DNA from: Heterodontus francisci
Lineage: Eukaryota
NCBI RefSeq assembly: GCF_036365525.1
Contig: NC_090399.1
Location: 20,222,529-20,286,528 of the forward strand
Length of the DNA stretch: 64,000 nt
Direction of reading: 5' to 3'
A model generated the notes under the pieces. The model was not told where the DNA came from and made no database searches. It saw nothing but the letters and a program-made list of their open reading frames with translations. The position numbers and the translations under genes are program-made. Each line of letters begins with the position of its first letter. Position 1 is the first letter of the stretch. Shown here in pieces: positions 36,126 to 50,385 of the stretch.

Positions 36126-39100
36126 TTGTTGAATAAAGTAAGTGAAATCAAACTTCAATTAATTGCCTGGCATTTTCTTTGCAACTTTCACAATGTCTTT
36201 TAAAGTTCGAAGGGCAACACATCTCACAGTTTGGAAGAGTCCATTTGATTTATAAATTCCACTAAGAATTTGAACAAGTTGAGGAGGCAGAATCATCCCC
36301 TTCAGAATCTCTGGTTACGGTTGTTTATCCGGTTATTAATGTCCACGCACTTTGAATGAGGGACTGCAGAATGATGTGACATAGCGGAGCGCCTTGACAG
36401 GTTCAAATAATAAAGATCTTTCAACACACTGACATCCGAATTTGGAGCAGGAGTAGGCCTGTCATTCCTTCAAGCCTGCTCCGCCATTTGATAAGATCAT
36501 GGCAGATCTGGTTATGGCCTCAAATTTCCTGTCTACCTGATGTAATTTTGACTCCCTTATCAATCAGGATTCTATCTAAAACAGCACCTCAAGAGTCAGA
36601 TCACCATGAAATACAATGGGATATTGTGTTTGATGGCAGGTGTTATGGAATATAAATATAGAGATTTAGTGGTGAATCTCTCCCAGACTTTTGTGAGACC
36701 AAACCCGCAGTATTTTGTGCTGTTTTGGACTCAACACTGTTGGCCAATTTGGATGTAATAGTGAGGACACAGCGCAGTAAACTCACTAGCAAGATGTCGG
36801 ACATGAATAAATCCAAATATGAAAAATGAGTTCGTTCACAATCAGAAGAGAAGAGATTTCAGGCTGAATTAATAGAGATGGTTGCAGTAATGAACGCCTG
36901 GAGCAGAATAGATAGATGCAACGATTGATGGGTCTATCAGCAGTGAACATAGATCTTGAGAGTAAATGAAAGAGATTTAGGACAGAGAACAGAAGAAACT
37001 TTGTGACACCTAGAATTGTGAAGCTGTGACTTGGATTTTTGGAGTTATTGATTGAAGCAGAGACTGTGACAACTTTAACGGGTTTGATATGATGTTTCAA
37101 GACCAATGAATAAAGTAATATTGGAGCAGTGCGACCAGATATGATTAAAACTATTGCTTATGTAGATGACAAATACAGATGTGGGTTGATCTGCCCCAAC
37201 GACCTGCTTTCGTGTTGCAATTTCTATGAAATTCATTTTTTCATGTGGTAATTGATTTGTTTTCTTCTGCTGGCAAGACTTCATGTTTGGCCAATTCCTT
37301 GCAGCCCTGAGGATGTGATGGCCAGCCTTCAATTTTACCTGCTGCTCCCCTTCTGATGGTGCAGCAGCGATGATGCCAGGAAGGGAATCCCAGGATACAG
37401 ATACAGCGACCATGAACAAATTGTGACATATGTCGAAGCTAGAATGGTATGTGACTTACAAATGATGATGTTCCAATGACATTTTGTCCCTGTGCTTCTC
37501 GGTGGGAGAGGTTACAGGTGAGGAAGGTGCTGTCGAATTAAACTTGATGGCTTGCTGCAGTGCATCCGATAAACTGTATTTTCAGGAACCATTGTGTGTC
37601 AGCTGCAGAGGGAAGGACACTGAGCTCAGGGACATGGGCACTGATGAAGGGAACTGCTCTGTCCCGTATGAGATCGAGCTTCTTCAGTTGTATAGTTCCT
37701 GCACCCATCCTGTCGATTGGTCTATATTCCCTCACACACCTGACTTGTGGCCTTTACTTGATGTTGAGGATTTGGAACGGGATCGGGGTGAAGGGAGAGG
37801 TGCGAGCGGATGTGTGCCACTCTGAGACGCTGTGGTACTGATAGTTAGCGGGTAAAACAATATCAAATTGATGCAGTACGTATTGCTCTTCTGAAATTTC
37901 AACTGAAGAAATGGGTTGCAGCAAAGTAGAGGAAGTTTCTTCAGTCTCCATTTGAGCTGTGCTCCAGCTGACCTCAGCGTGTCTCCACGCAAAACTGTGA
38001 AAATTCTTGGCAATGCTTAAAAGCTCAATCAGGCTGATCATGTAAGACATTCTATTCTCTCATTAATAGTGAATCTTTTAAAAAGGCAATGAATAAACCG
38101 GATCTGGTGGCTACCTCAACACGGTGCAGGGTTGGCACCCCAACGTTCTCCCGACGTCGGGTTCCCGACCCCCAGAAGGAAAATCCTTTTCACCAAAAGG
38201 AGGCACGGTTGTCTTGGCAACAAGTCCACTGTCACACTGAGGCCCTGTCACTAACTGAAAAACGACAGGTGGGAAACCTTCCAGCGCTCTCGACAAGTCT
38301 TTTCTTTTCCCCTTGCAGAACCTGCGTTTCCAGTTTTTTTTTAACTTTCTGTCGTTTGGAAATCCCACAGACGATGTTCTCATCTTCATTCTCAATATGG
38401 ATGGGATAACCAGCGGGATTCCTGCAGAAATAATTTCCCTATCCCTCTCCACGTTATGGCAGGAGATGGGGAGAACCCACCCACAACCACATCCTCTCCC
38501 ACCCATTGGAAATTCCATCCCTCAAAAATATTTCTTCTGGCAGAATATTTCGGAGCTGTGTCATATTGTTCTTGTATTTGACAGAGATTTGGACCTTGTG
38601 ATTGAGAAACTGCAGGTATTTTTCAGGCCGTTGACCCAATATAAATGGCCTCCTTCATTTTGCAGCACATCTCATGACCTTGGGTTTCTACTTGCTTTTG
38701 GCTTGACCAAATGTTCTCGTTTCGCCCTCGTTCCTGCTCTCGAGCAGTGGCTTTTACTGAATTTTCTTTTCTTCACACAACTCAGATATGACATGATCAC
38801 CCATTTTGCAGCATTATCCAAAGTTAAAATTGCACCGCCACCACCGCACAACTCCCCTCATCCCTCGCTCAGTTCCAATCCTAGAAGAAACCATTCTGTC
38901 CTTTTTCAGCGTGGTAGCTTTCTTGCCTCCTCGTCAGAACGTCACCAGAGACATAAACGCACAATCTAGGCTGCCGCTCCAGTGAGGGAGTGCTGCACTG
39001 TCGTAGGTGCTATCTTGTGGATGAGACATTAAACCAAGGCCCTGCCTGCCCTCTCAGGTGGACGGAAAAGACGCTGTGTCACTATTTTAAGGACTTCACC

Positions 39101-39421
39101 CCTTCCTCGGCTCTTCGGCTGCTGAAACCCTCATCCAGGACTTTGTTACCTCTAGACTTGACTATGCCAATGTTCTTACGACCAGTCTTCCACATTCTTC
39201 CCTCATAAATTTGAGGGCATCCTAAACCTTGCTCCCCACGTCTGAAGACACACCAAGTCCTGTTCACCAACACCCCTGTGTTTGCTTACTCATTTTGGCT
39301 ATCAGTTTAGTAATAACTTGATTTTAAAATTCCCATCCTTGTTTTCAAATGCCACCATGGTCTCACCCCTCCCTATCTCTGTAATCTCCTACAGCCCCAC
39401 AACCCTCTGGGATATCTACAC

Positions 39422-40151
39422 TGCCCGACCTGAACCCGATGGGACCTGACATGTGTCTGGTCACTCTTCTGGGCCCGGTTTTCGGGCTTATGTCGGGTCT
39501 GAGTCAGACACACACAGTATTAATTGGACTTGAAAGGTTGTTTAAAAGGATTAAGATTGGAGCCATGAAGTCAGTGATTGTTTGGTCACAAGTTAAACAG
39601 AAACCCATGGAGTTGTGCCCATTCAGGTTGTGCCACACTGCACAGTATCCGCATTGCTTAAAATAAAGACCTCAATTGCCCGAAGGCTCAGAAAATATCA
39701 TTATACATTAACTAGATACCTGCTTTACAGGTCGAAATACTTGCTGTAAGTTTATCCAGTGAGCAGCTGAGATGCCGAGACCAGGAAGGTCCTGAGTGAT
39801 TAATTATTATTACAGTACTGTACTGTATGTGTGGTAGAATGGAGTCCTGACAGTGATCATTTTATATTTTTTTATATAAATACTGTATATTTTATAATAA
39901 TTAATCTCTCAGGACCTTCCTGGTCTCTGCATCTCAGCTGCTCACTGGTTAAACTTGCAGCAAGTATTTCAACTGAAAAAGTGAAAAACAGATTCGGAGT
40001 TGGAAGGTAGGTAAAGTGAACATTCCGTTGGTCGGGTTGGGTCGGACTCGGGTCGGGTTGGGCATGGGAAAAAATGGAAGGACTCGGACCAGGTTGGGCT
40101 CGGGTACGATGTGGTTCTGTTGTTTTTTTTTTCAGACCCGAGCAGCCTTTC
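39422..40151. mobile_element. hAT-like MITE, unit 3 copy
   Basis: Same structure; inverted repeat at 39734-39970. Confidence 0.6.
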
Positions 40152-41206
40152 ATCGACGCTTCTCTGATTCTGGCCTCGTGAGCTCCAACATTGGTGGCTG
40201 TGACTTCAGGTGCCTAGCCCCAAGCTCTGGAATTCCCTCACTCAACCTCTCCACTTCTCTCTCCTCCTTCAAGAAATTCATTAAAAACCTACCACTCTGA
40301 CCAAGCTTTTGGTCATCAGCTGTAATATCATCTTATGTCACTTGGTCAAAGTTTGCTTATAATGCTCTTGTGAAGTGCCTTGTGATGTTATATTACATTA
40401 AAGGTGCAATATAAATGCAAGTTGTTTTTGTTGTTGTTGAAGAAGACTGGGGGTGTTCTCCCCAACTTCACTAAAACAGATGATCTAGTCATTTATCTCA
40501 TTGCTGTTTGTGGGAGTTTGCTGCTGTGTGTAAACTGGATGCTGCATTGTCTACATTTCAAGAGTGACTGCATTTCAAAAAGGAGTCGAATTGGCTGTGA
40601 TGCACTTTTGGATGTCCTGGGGTGGTGAAAGGTGATTTATAAATGGAAATCTTTCAGGTCTTGCTTTACTGAAGACCAGCGTGGTCTGAAATGCTCAGGA
40701 AGATGACTGTGCATACAAACGAACAATTCAAAGGTCAGGTGCATCAGAAGGGAAAAACTCAGGTAGCACAGACACTGAGAGATATATGAAGCAGGAAAGC
40801 AAATTTGAATCAAAACAGTTGTTACAAGGGAAAGTGTATTAGCACACTTCCAAATAGAAATAATCATAATAAGTATAGACAATCAAAACTGTTAGGAATC
40901 AATTCACAGAAGTCATCCAAATACTTGGTTCAATTACAGGCATCACACATGCACACTCACACACACTCACACATAGAGTAACACACACAGGTTGGAGTGT
41001 GTCACAAAGAGTAACACACGGGGCGGAGTGAGTCTCTCACACACACAGAGTAACACAAAGGCTGGAGTGTGTCAAACACACACAGAGTAACACAAAGGGT
41101 GGAGTGTGTCACACAACATGACACGCAGGTTGGAATTTTCAAACACACTTAGTAACATACAGGCAGGGTCAGGCACACAAACAGAGTAACACATAGGCTG
41201 GGGTCA

Positions 41207-44200
41207 GTCTTTAAACATTAATCTTTATTGCATAATAACTATATACACTCCACACTAGCCTGTGTGTCTCCTTCAAAAGCCTTGCTGTAACTGTTCTTGA
41301 GTCTCTCCCACATGACTTCTTAACTCATCCTGGTGGGCAGTAATCTTTACGTTCTCTCAAGATTAACCCTTTGATACCCTTATACTACATTTTCCCCACG
41401 TTTTTAGCCTAAGATATATTTAGACACATTCATTTTTTCATTTACACGCTATCCGATCTCCTCCCAAGTCTCTGACTTCATAGATTCAACCTGTCAGGAG
41501 GCTTCACAACTCTCCCTAATCTTGTTGGTCATCTGATGTGAAAGATTGATAATCTTTCTCTGATCCCTTGTTTCTTGACTTGGACGGTCTTCGTTGAGTT
41601 TTGTAGCATTTGGCACTTTTTGATTTTTCGGTTCATCATCTGAGTCGTCTAACTGTGTAACTAACGTCTTTGATGTAAAGGAATAAGATTCCTTCTATTT
41701 CTCCATATAGGATCTTCTTGAGTCCGTAGTAGAGAAGATCGCTGTTGATTCTCATCTTTCTGGAGAATTACCCTGTCTCTCTTTTGGTTTCGTACCCATA
41801 CTTTTTGCCCTTCTGACAACTTTGGTAGGTTTCAGGTACGGAACCTTCTGTAATGATAATGGGTCTGCTTGTTTCAATATGACTTTTCTATGTCCAGTAT
41901 TTTCTGATAATCCTTGCCTTGCAATCCTGGAAGTAACTTCTTGCATAGAATTGGAAATTGCTTTTGAAGTTTTCATTAAGAGTTGTGATGGCGCTAATCT
42001 GCACAATAATGGAGTCGTTCTGTATGTCAGTCGTGCTAAATGGAAATCTCTTTTTTTTTCATCAACATAATTTTAATGGTTCTGACTGTTCTCTCAGCTT
42101 CTCCATTTGATTGTGGATACTTAGGAGAGCTTGTTAGGTGAACAAATCCACATTATTCTGCAAAGTGCATGAAGTAATCGTTTGCAGATTACAGTCCATT
42201 ATCAGATAATATGTGATCAGGTATACCAGGTGTTGTGAAACTTCTTGTAAAACTCTGATGACTGCTTCAGTTGTTGTTGTGTTGTCCATCTTAACTTCGA
42301 TCCATCCTGAGAAGTAATCAACTATAATTAGCTGGGCTCTTCCTTCAAAGAAGAACAAATCCACGGTCTAGTTGATAATTGGGTCGAAATTAGAGGTTCT
42401 CTTTGATCTTGTCTTCCCCAGCTTCTTCCCCAGTTCTCTGTCCGTGTAGCACTCCTGTGAAACTTACTGCATTTCTGTTTATCTCTCTGTTAATCTTTGA
42501 GCAGCACGGCGGGCTGTGAAATATTGCATTGTGTGGGCTCTGTAGCGAAATCTGCACTCTCTGCAAAACACAGGCCAGGGTAGGGGGCTCTCCCTCTGTC
42601 CTTGCTCCTGGATTATTCTCGTTTATCTACTTCAACTTTCTCAATAATATGATGATAAATAAAAGTTCTTCTACTTAAGTCTGTGAACTCCTGATTTTTT
42701 AGGACATACAGTGTTTCTAATATTTACTTTCCATTATATTGAAGCGTTGCTTGTAACTTCCCCTTTACTTCAAGTACAAGACCTCCTGGGCCATGCAACT
42801 GAGTTTCTATTGCTTGCTCCGGTGTCAAGTTTGAAATGTGTCTGCTGACCAAAATGCTCGTTTCGGATCATTGATCTCACCCAGAAAATATTTCGATTGG
42901 TCTGCTGCAGGAGCTTCTTTAACTTCATTTATCTCTCTATTCTTAACTACTTTTCCTTTCGAGGTTGATGTGGTCACTATTTTATTTCAGCATAATCTTA
43001 CTGAGATGCCCTATTTTTCTGTAATAAAGGCATTATGCTCGATTGGCGGGACACTGTCCATGCCTGTGGGACGTTTTTGCACCACAATGTTTAAGGACAT
43101 CTTTTGCTCTGCCCCCTCGTGTACCTGTTTTCCTGGTACCTCTTGTTCAGCCGTCTGGTGAAGGAACTGAACTGTTACAGGAGGATTCCTGTACCGGGGT
43201 CTTTCCTCACCTCGTATGATTGGTCTGTTATTGCTGCACTAATTGATGTCGGAAACAAAAGCTTTCAAGACTTGTTCAAATTTTGTTGATTTTATCAATA
43301 CGCTGCTATTATATCATCAGCTACAGCACCAATTAAATACAATTATGTATTCATTATGGATCCCTTGTGACTTTTGAAACTCTCTGGAACTCCCAATTTT
43401 TGATCCATTTTTTAAACATTTATAGACTTTTTAGCGTGTTCCCCTTTAAGAAAATCTTTTTCTCACACTGGCTTGCTTTGATGGAGTGTAGCAGGTGCTT
43501 GAGAGAGTTCCTGATGTTTTAAATAGGCTTGCTAGGGGTTTTCCCTTTGCTTAAGCAGCTCACTTATATCTTTACTTATTTAGAGATACAGCACTGAAAC
43601 AGGCCCTTTGGCCCACCGAGTCTGTTCCAATCAACAACCACCCATTGATACTAACCCTACACTACCCCCATATTTTCGACCACATCCACACCATTCTCCT
43701 ACCACCTGCCTACACTAGGGGCAATTTACAATGGCCAATTTACCTATCAACCTGCAAGTCGTTTGGAGGTGGGAGGAAACCGGAACACCCGGCGGAAACC
43801 CACGCAGACACAGGGAGAACTTGCAAACTCTGCACAGGCAGTACTCAGAATCGAACCCGGGTCGCTGGAGCTGTGAGGCTGCAGTGCTAACCACTGCGCC
43901 ACTGTGCCATTGACAGCTGACGCAGCTGTCTATTGGAATTAACAGCGCTGTTCCATAGACAGTTTCAGGGTTTTCCCCTTTTCTTTTTAAGATCACGAGA
44001 TACTTCAAGCTTGACTGCTTTAATGATTTTTTCAGGCTTGGCTGCATTAATGGAGATTCTGCTGTATTCGGGGTTTCCCTGCCCTTTTTTTCTCTTCAGT
44101 ATCGGACTTTTCCCGTACATTTTTTTCAGTTCGTGCACTTTTCAGGGTTCTCTCCACTCTCCACCCTTGCATTCAGCCTGAGTGAGGGATGGGTTGACCC

Positions 44201-44726
44201 CATTGCTTGTTTCTTTCAATCTCACACTGAGCCTTTGGAAAAAATAATTTTGAAAAACTCTTCAAAGTCTTTTTTTTAAACCAGGATTTCTCAGTCATCA
44301 GCACAATGATTCACCCAATTGCCTGTTCGCAGCCATGCTTCCATTCCATGGAGCTTCTCTCAGCCTTCAAAGATCTGTTGTTTCTTTTTATCTTTTCAGA
44401 TACTTATTTTAAATTCTCTCTTCTGGCTGAAGGATGCTAGTTACTTCAAACTTTTTCTTCTGGGTGTAGAATCCCTCCACTGTTCACCATATTAGATGTT
44501 TGGATCTTCATGCTGCCACCGTCAGAGAGGTTCTTAGACTGTCGTGTTTAAACATTAATAATTATTGCATTGTAAGGATATACACTTCACACCAGCCTGT
44601 GTGTCTCCTTCAATAACCACGCTGTAACTGTTCCCAAGTCTCTCCCACATAATCCCTTACATCATCATGGTGGGCAGTAATCTTTATGTTCTCTCAAGAT
44701 TAACCCTTTGATACATTTAGATGACA
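41207..44726 (-). mobile_element. Degenerate Gypsy LTR element, unit 3 copy (V-SINE at about 43571-43908)
   Basis: Paired LTRs and an integrase remnant ORF at 42134-42364. Confidence 0.85.
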
Positions 44727-45405
44727 AAGCACACAGGCTGAAGTGTGTCACATACACACAGAGTAACACACAGGCTGCAGTGTGTCACATTCACACAGAT
44801 TAGCACACAGGCTGGAGGTATGACATACACGCATAGTAACACACAGGCTGCATTGTGTCACAGCAAAGAGTAACAGACAGGCTGCAGTGTGTCACATACA
44901 CACAGAGTAACACACTGGCTGCAGTGTGTCACATTCACACAGATTAGCACACAGGCTGGAGGTATCACATACACACATAGTAACACACAGGCTGCATTGT
45001 GTCACAGCAAAGAGTAACACACAGGCTGGAGTGTGTCACATTCACACAGAGGAACACACAGGCTGGAATGAGTCACAAATGCAAAGTAACACCACAGACT
45101 GGAGCCAGTCTCTCTCTCTCACAGAGTGGCACAGAGGCTGGAGTGTGTCACATACACAAAGTAACACACAGGCTGCAGTGTGTCACACAGAGTAACACGC
45201 AGGTTGGAATGAGTCACAAATGCAAAGTAACACACAGGCTGGAGTCAGTCTCACTCGCACACACAGAGTAACACACAGGCTGGAGTTTGTCACATACACA
45301 GAGTAACACACAGGCTGGAGTATGTCACATACACACAGAAACACACTGGCTGGAGTTTGTCACATACACAGAGTAACACACCGGCTAGAGTGGGTCACAC
45401 ACACA
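44727..45405 (+). repeat. Minisatellite block, unit 3
   Basis: ~35-bp monomer array. Confidence 0.9.
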
Positions 45406-45966
45406 GGGAATGTATCCATCTTGCGGATTTTCTGACGGTGGAATTGGATTTGGGCGGCACTTCCGCTCCCTCGCTTTTTGCCTGTTGCCACCCGATTACA
45501 AGTGGAAATCAAAGTTTCAGCTGCGGGCATGGGAGATACATGCGATCATGTGGTGCGGAATACTTTTCATGGTGGAGCCTGCTGTCATTCAGGGAAGCAT
45601 TATGCATGGCATTGGTATAAATAATCCTTCAGTGCAATCAGGGAGGCTCATCAACGAGGCCAGTCTTTTTCAGAGACTTCTAGGCTTTTCCCCTTAAATC
45701 TTACCCACCCTCACCCATCTTTACACCTGTCGCAAACAAAGGCTATGGACCCTGGCAACATTACGGCAATAGCACTGAGGACCTGTGCTCCAGAACTTGC
45801 CGCGCCCCCAGACAAGCAGATTTGAGATGGTGCGGGAGGGGCGGGGCGGCGGGTGCGGGCGGGGGGCGGAATAGTAACTGCAGTGAGACTGGGACACCAG
45901 TAGATGGAGATGCTGAGCCATTGCTGATGGGAAGGTTTGGTGCTGCTGAGAGTTTGAAAGTTTCCA

Positions 45967-46483
45967 AACACAGAGTAACACGCTGGCTGGAGTGTGTCAC
46001 AGGCACAGAGTAACACACTGGCTGGAGTGTGTCACATACACAGAGTAACACGCTGGCTGGAGTGTGTCATATCCACAGAGTAACACACTGGCTGGAGTGT
46101 GTCACATACACAGAGTAACACGCTGGCTGCAGTGTGTCATATCCACAGAGTAACACACTGGCTGGAGTATGTCACATACACAGAGTAACACGCTGGCTGG
46201 TGTGTGTCACAGGCACAGAGTAACACACTGGTTGGAGTGTGTCACACGCACACACAGAATAACACACTGGCTGGAGGGTGTCACACACACACAGAATAAC
46301 ACACTGGCTGGAGTGTATCACACACACACGCACACTACACACACACACACACACAGAATAAAACACTGGCTGGAGTATGTCACGCACACAGAGTAATACA
46401 CTGGCTGGAGTGTGTCACACACAAACACACACACAGAATAACACACTGGCTGGAGTGTGTACACACACAGAGTAACACACAGA
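45967..46483 (+). repeat. Minisatellite block, unit 3
   Basis: Near-identical to 8533-9049. Confidence 0.9.
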
Positions 46484-46490
46484 ATTAGAA

Positions 46491-49467
46491 TTAGAACATT
46501 ACAGCGCAGTACAGGCCCTTTGGCCCTCGATGTTGCGCCGACCTGTGAAACCATCTGACCGACACTATTCCATTTTCATCCATATGTCTATCCAATGACC
46601 ACTTAAATGCCCTTAAAGTTGGCGAGTCTACTACTGTTGCAGGCAGGGCGTTCCACGCCCCTACTACTCTCTGAGTAAAGAAACTACCTCTGACATCTGT
46701 CCTATATCTATCACCCCTCAACTTAAAGCTATGTCCCCTCGTGTTTGCCATCACCATCCGAAGAAAAAGACTCTCACTATCCACCCTATATAACCCTCTG
46801 ATTATCTTATATGTCTCTATTAAGTCACCTCTCCTCCTCCTTCTCTCCAATGAAAACAACCTCAAGTCCCTCAGCCTTTCCTTGTAAGACCTTCCCTCCA
46901 TACCAGGCAACATCCTAGTAAATCTCCTCTGCACCCTTTCCATAGCTTCCACATCCTTCCTATAATGCGGTGACCAGAACTGCACGCAATACACCAGGTG
47001 CGGCCTCACCAGAGTTTTGTACAGCTGCAGCATGACATCGTGGCTCCGAAACTCGATCCCTCTACTAATAAAAGCTAACACACCATATGCCTTCTTAACA
47101 GCCCTATTAACCTGGGTAGCAACCTTCAGGGATTTATGCACCTGGACACCAAGATCTCTCTGTTCATCTACACTACCAAGAATCTTCCCATTAGCCCAGT
47201 ACTCTGCATTCCTGTTACTCCTTCCAAAGTGAATCACCACGCACTTTTCCGCATTAAACTCCATTTGCCATCTCTCAGCCCAGCTCTGCAGCCTATCTAT
47301 GTCCCTCTGTACCCTACAACATCCTTCGGCACTATCCACAACTCCACCGACCTTAGTGTCATCCGCAAATTTACTAACCCACCCTTCTACACCCTCTTCC
47401 AGGTCATTTATAAAAATGACAAACAGCAGTGGCCCCAAAACAGATCCTTGCGGTACACCACTAGTAACTAAACTCCAGGATGAACATTTGCCATCAACCA
47501 CCACCCTCTGTCTTCTTTCAGCTAGCCAATTTCTGATCCAAAGCTCTAAATCACCTTCAACCCCATACTTCTGTATTTTCTGCAATAGCCTACCGTGGGG
47601 AACCTTATCAAACGCCTTACTGAAATCCATATACACCACATCCACTGCTTTACCCTCATCCACCTGCTTGGTCACCTTCTCGAAAAACTCAATAAGGTTT
47701 GTGAGGCACGACCTACCCATCACAAAACCGTGCTGACTATCGCTAATGAACTTATTCTTTTCAAGATGATTAAACATCCTGTCTCTTATAACCTTTTCCA
47801 ACATTTTACCCACAACCGAAGTAAGGCTCACAGGTCTATAATTACCAGGGCTGTCTCTGCTCCCCTTCTTGAACAAGGGGACAACATTTGCTATCCTCCA
47901 GTCTTCCGGCACTATTCCTGTCGACAATGACGACATAAAGATCAAGGACAAAGGCTCTGCAATCTCCTCCCTAGCTTCCCAGAGAATCCTAGGATAAATC
48001 CCATCTGGCCCAGGGGACCTATCTATTTTCACACTTTCCAAAATTGATAACACCTCCTCCTTGTGAACCTCAATCCCATCTAGCCTAGTAGCCTGAATCT
48101 CAGTATTCTCCTCGACAACATTTTCTTTCTCTACTGTAAATACTGACGCAAAATATTCATTTAACACTTCCCCTAGCTCCTCTGATTCCACACACAACTT
48201 CCCACTACTATCCTTGATTGGCCCGAATCTAACTCTAGTCATTCTTTTATTCCTGATATACCTATAGAAAGCCTTAGGGTTTTCCCTGATCCTATCCGCC
48301 AATGACTTCTCGTGTCCTCTCCTTGCTCTTCTTAGCTCTCCCTTTAGATCCTTCCTGGCTAGCTTGTAACTCTCAAGCGCCCTAACTGAGCCTTCACGTC
48401 TCATCCTAACATAAGCCTTCTTCTTCCTTTTGACAAGCTCTTCAACTTCTTTAGTAAACCACGGCTCCCTCGCTCGACAACTTCCTCCCTGCCTCACAGG
48501 TATATACTTATCAAGGACACGCAGTAGCTGCTCTTTGAATAAGCTCCACATTTCGATTGTTCCCATCCCCTGCAGTTTCCTTCCCCATCCTACGCATCCT
48601 AAATCTTGCCTAATCGCATCATAATTTCCTTTCCCCCAGCTATAATTTTTGCCCTGCGGAATATACCTATCCCTGCCCATCGCTAAGGTAAACCTAACCG
48701 AATTGTGATCACTATCACCAAAGTGCTCACCTACATCTAAATCTAACACCTGGCCGGGTTCATTACCCAGTACCAAATCCAATGTGGCATCGCCCCTGGT
48801 TGGCCTGTCTACATACTGTGTCAGAAAACCCTCCTGCACACACTGGACAAAAACTGACCCATCTAAAGTACTCGAACTATAGTATTTCCAGTCGATATTT
48901 GGAAAGTTAAAGTCCCCCATAACAACTACCCTGTTACTCTCGCCCCTGTCGAGAATCATCTTCGCTATCCTTTCCTCTACATCTCTGGAAGTATTTGGAG
49001 GTCTATAAAAGACTCCCAACAGGGTGACCTCACCTCTCCTGTTTCTAACCTCGGCCCATACTACCTCAGTAGACGAGTCCTCAAACGTCCTTTCTGTCGC
49101 TGTAATACTCTCCTTGATTAACAATGCCACACCACCACCCCCCCCCCCCCACCCCTCCCCCTCTTTTACCATCTTCTCTGTTCTTACTGAAACATCTAAA
49201 TCCCGGAACCTGCAACATCCATTCCTGCCCCTGCTCTACCCATGTCTCCGAAATGGCCACTACATCGAGATCCCAGGTACCAACCCATGCTGCAAGCTCA
49301 CCCACCTTATTCCGGATGCTCCTGGCGTTGAAGTAGACACACTTTAAACCAGGTTCTTGCTTGCCAGTGCCCTCTTGCGTCCTTGTAACCTTATCCCTGA
49401 CCTCACTACTCTCAACATCCTGTACACTGGAACTACAATTTAGGTTCCCATCCCCCTGCTGAATTAG
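46491..49467 (-). CDS. CR1 ORF2 (endonuclease plus RT), frameshifted in the G-run at about 49134-49155
   Basis: Same motifs as the unit 1 copy, with 4 amino-acid differences visible in the long frame. Confidence 0.93.
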
Positions 49468-50385
49468 TTTAAACCCCCCCGAAGAGCACTAGCAAATCTC
49501 CTCCCCAGGATATTGGTACCCCTCTGGTTCAGGTGAAGACCATCCTGTTTGTAGAGGTCCCACCTACCCCAGAAAGAGCCCCAGTTATCCAGGAAATCAA
49601 AACCCTCCCTCCTGCACCATCCCTGCAGCCACGTGTTCAACTCCTCTCTCTCCCTATTCCTCGCTTCACTATCACGTGGCACGGGCAACAACCCGGAGAT
49701 AACAACTCTGTTTGTTCTCGCTCTAAGCTTCCACCCTAGCACCCTGAATTTCTGTCTTAAATCCCCATCTCTCTTCCTACCTATGTCGTTGGTGCCTATG
49801 TGGACCACGACTTGGGGCTGGTCCCCCTCCCCCTTAAGGATCCCAAAAACACGATCCGAGACATCACGAACCCTGGCACCTGGGAGGCAACATACCAACC
49901 GTGAGTCTCTCTCGTTCCCACAGAACCTCCTATCTGTTCCCCTAACTATGGAGTCCCCAATGACTAATGCTCTGCTCCTCTTCCCCTTTCCCTTCTGAGC
50001 AACAGGGACAGACTCTGTGCCAGATACCTGTACCCCATTGCTTACCCCTGGTAAGTCGTCCCCCGAAACAGTATCCAAAACGGTATACCTGTTGTTGAGA
50101 GAAACGGCCACAGGGGATCCCTGCACTGCCTGCTGGTTCCCTCTCCTTCCCCTGACGGTAACCCATCTACCTACTTCTTTTACCTGAGGTGTGACTACCT
50201 CCCCATAACTCCTCTCAATAACCCCCTCCGCCTCCCGAATGATCCGAAGTTGCTCCAGCTCCAGTTCCCTAACGCGGTTCACGAGGAGCTGGAGTTGGGT
50301 GCACTTCCCGCAGATGCAGTCAGCAGGGACACTCTTGGCGACCCTTACCTCCCACATTCTGCAGGAGGAACATACAACTGCCTTA
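49464..50385 (-). CDS. CR1 ORF1 (zinc finger, coiled coil, SGNH esterase), 5'-truncated
   Basis: GDSIVR, HIGTND and DGLHLN motifs. Confidence 0.9.

Larger units (their letters stand above)
21039..37608 (+). repeat. Tandem duplication unit 2 (16,570 bp; lacks the young CR1)
   Basis: Collinear with unit 1 apart from the 3.9-kb LINE and shorter minisatellites. Confidence 0.97.
46484..50385 (-). mobile_element. Young CR1 LINE, the same insertion as in unit 1
   Basis: Identical junctions and ACAGA flanks. Confidence 0.97.
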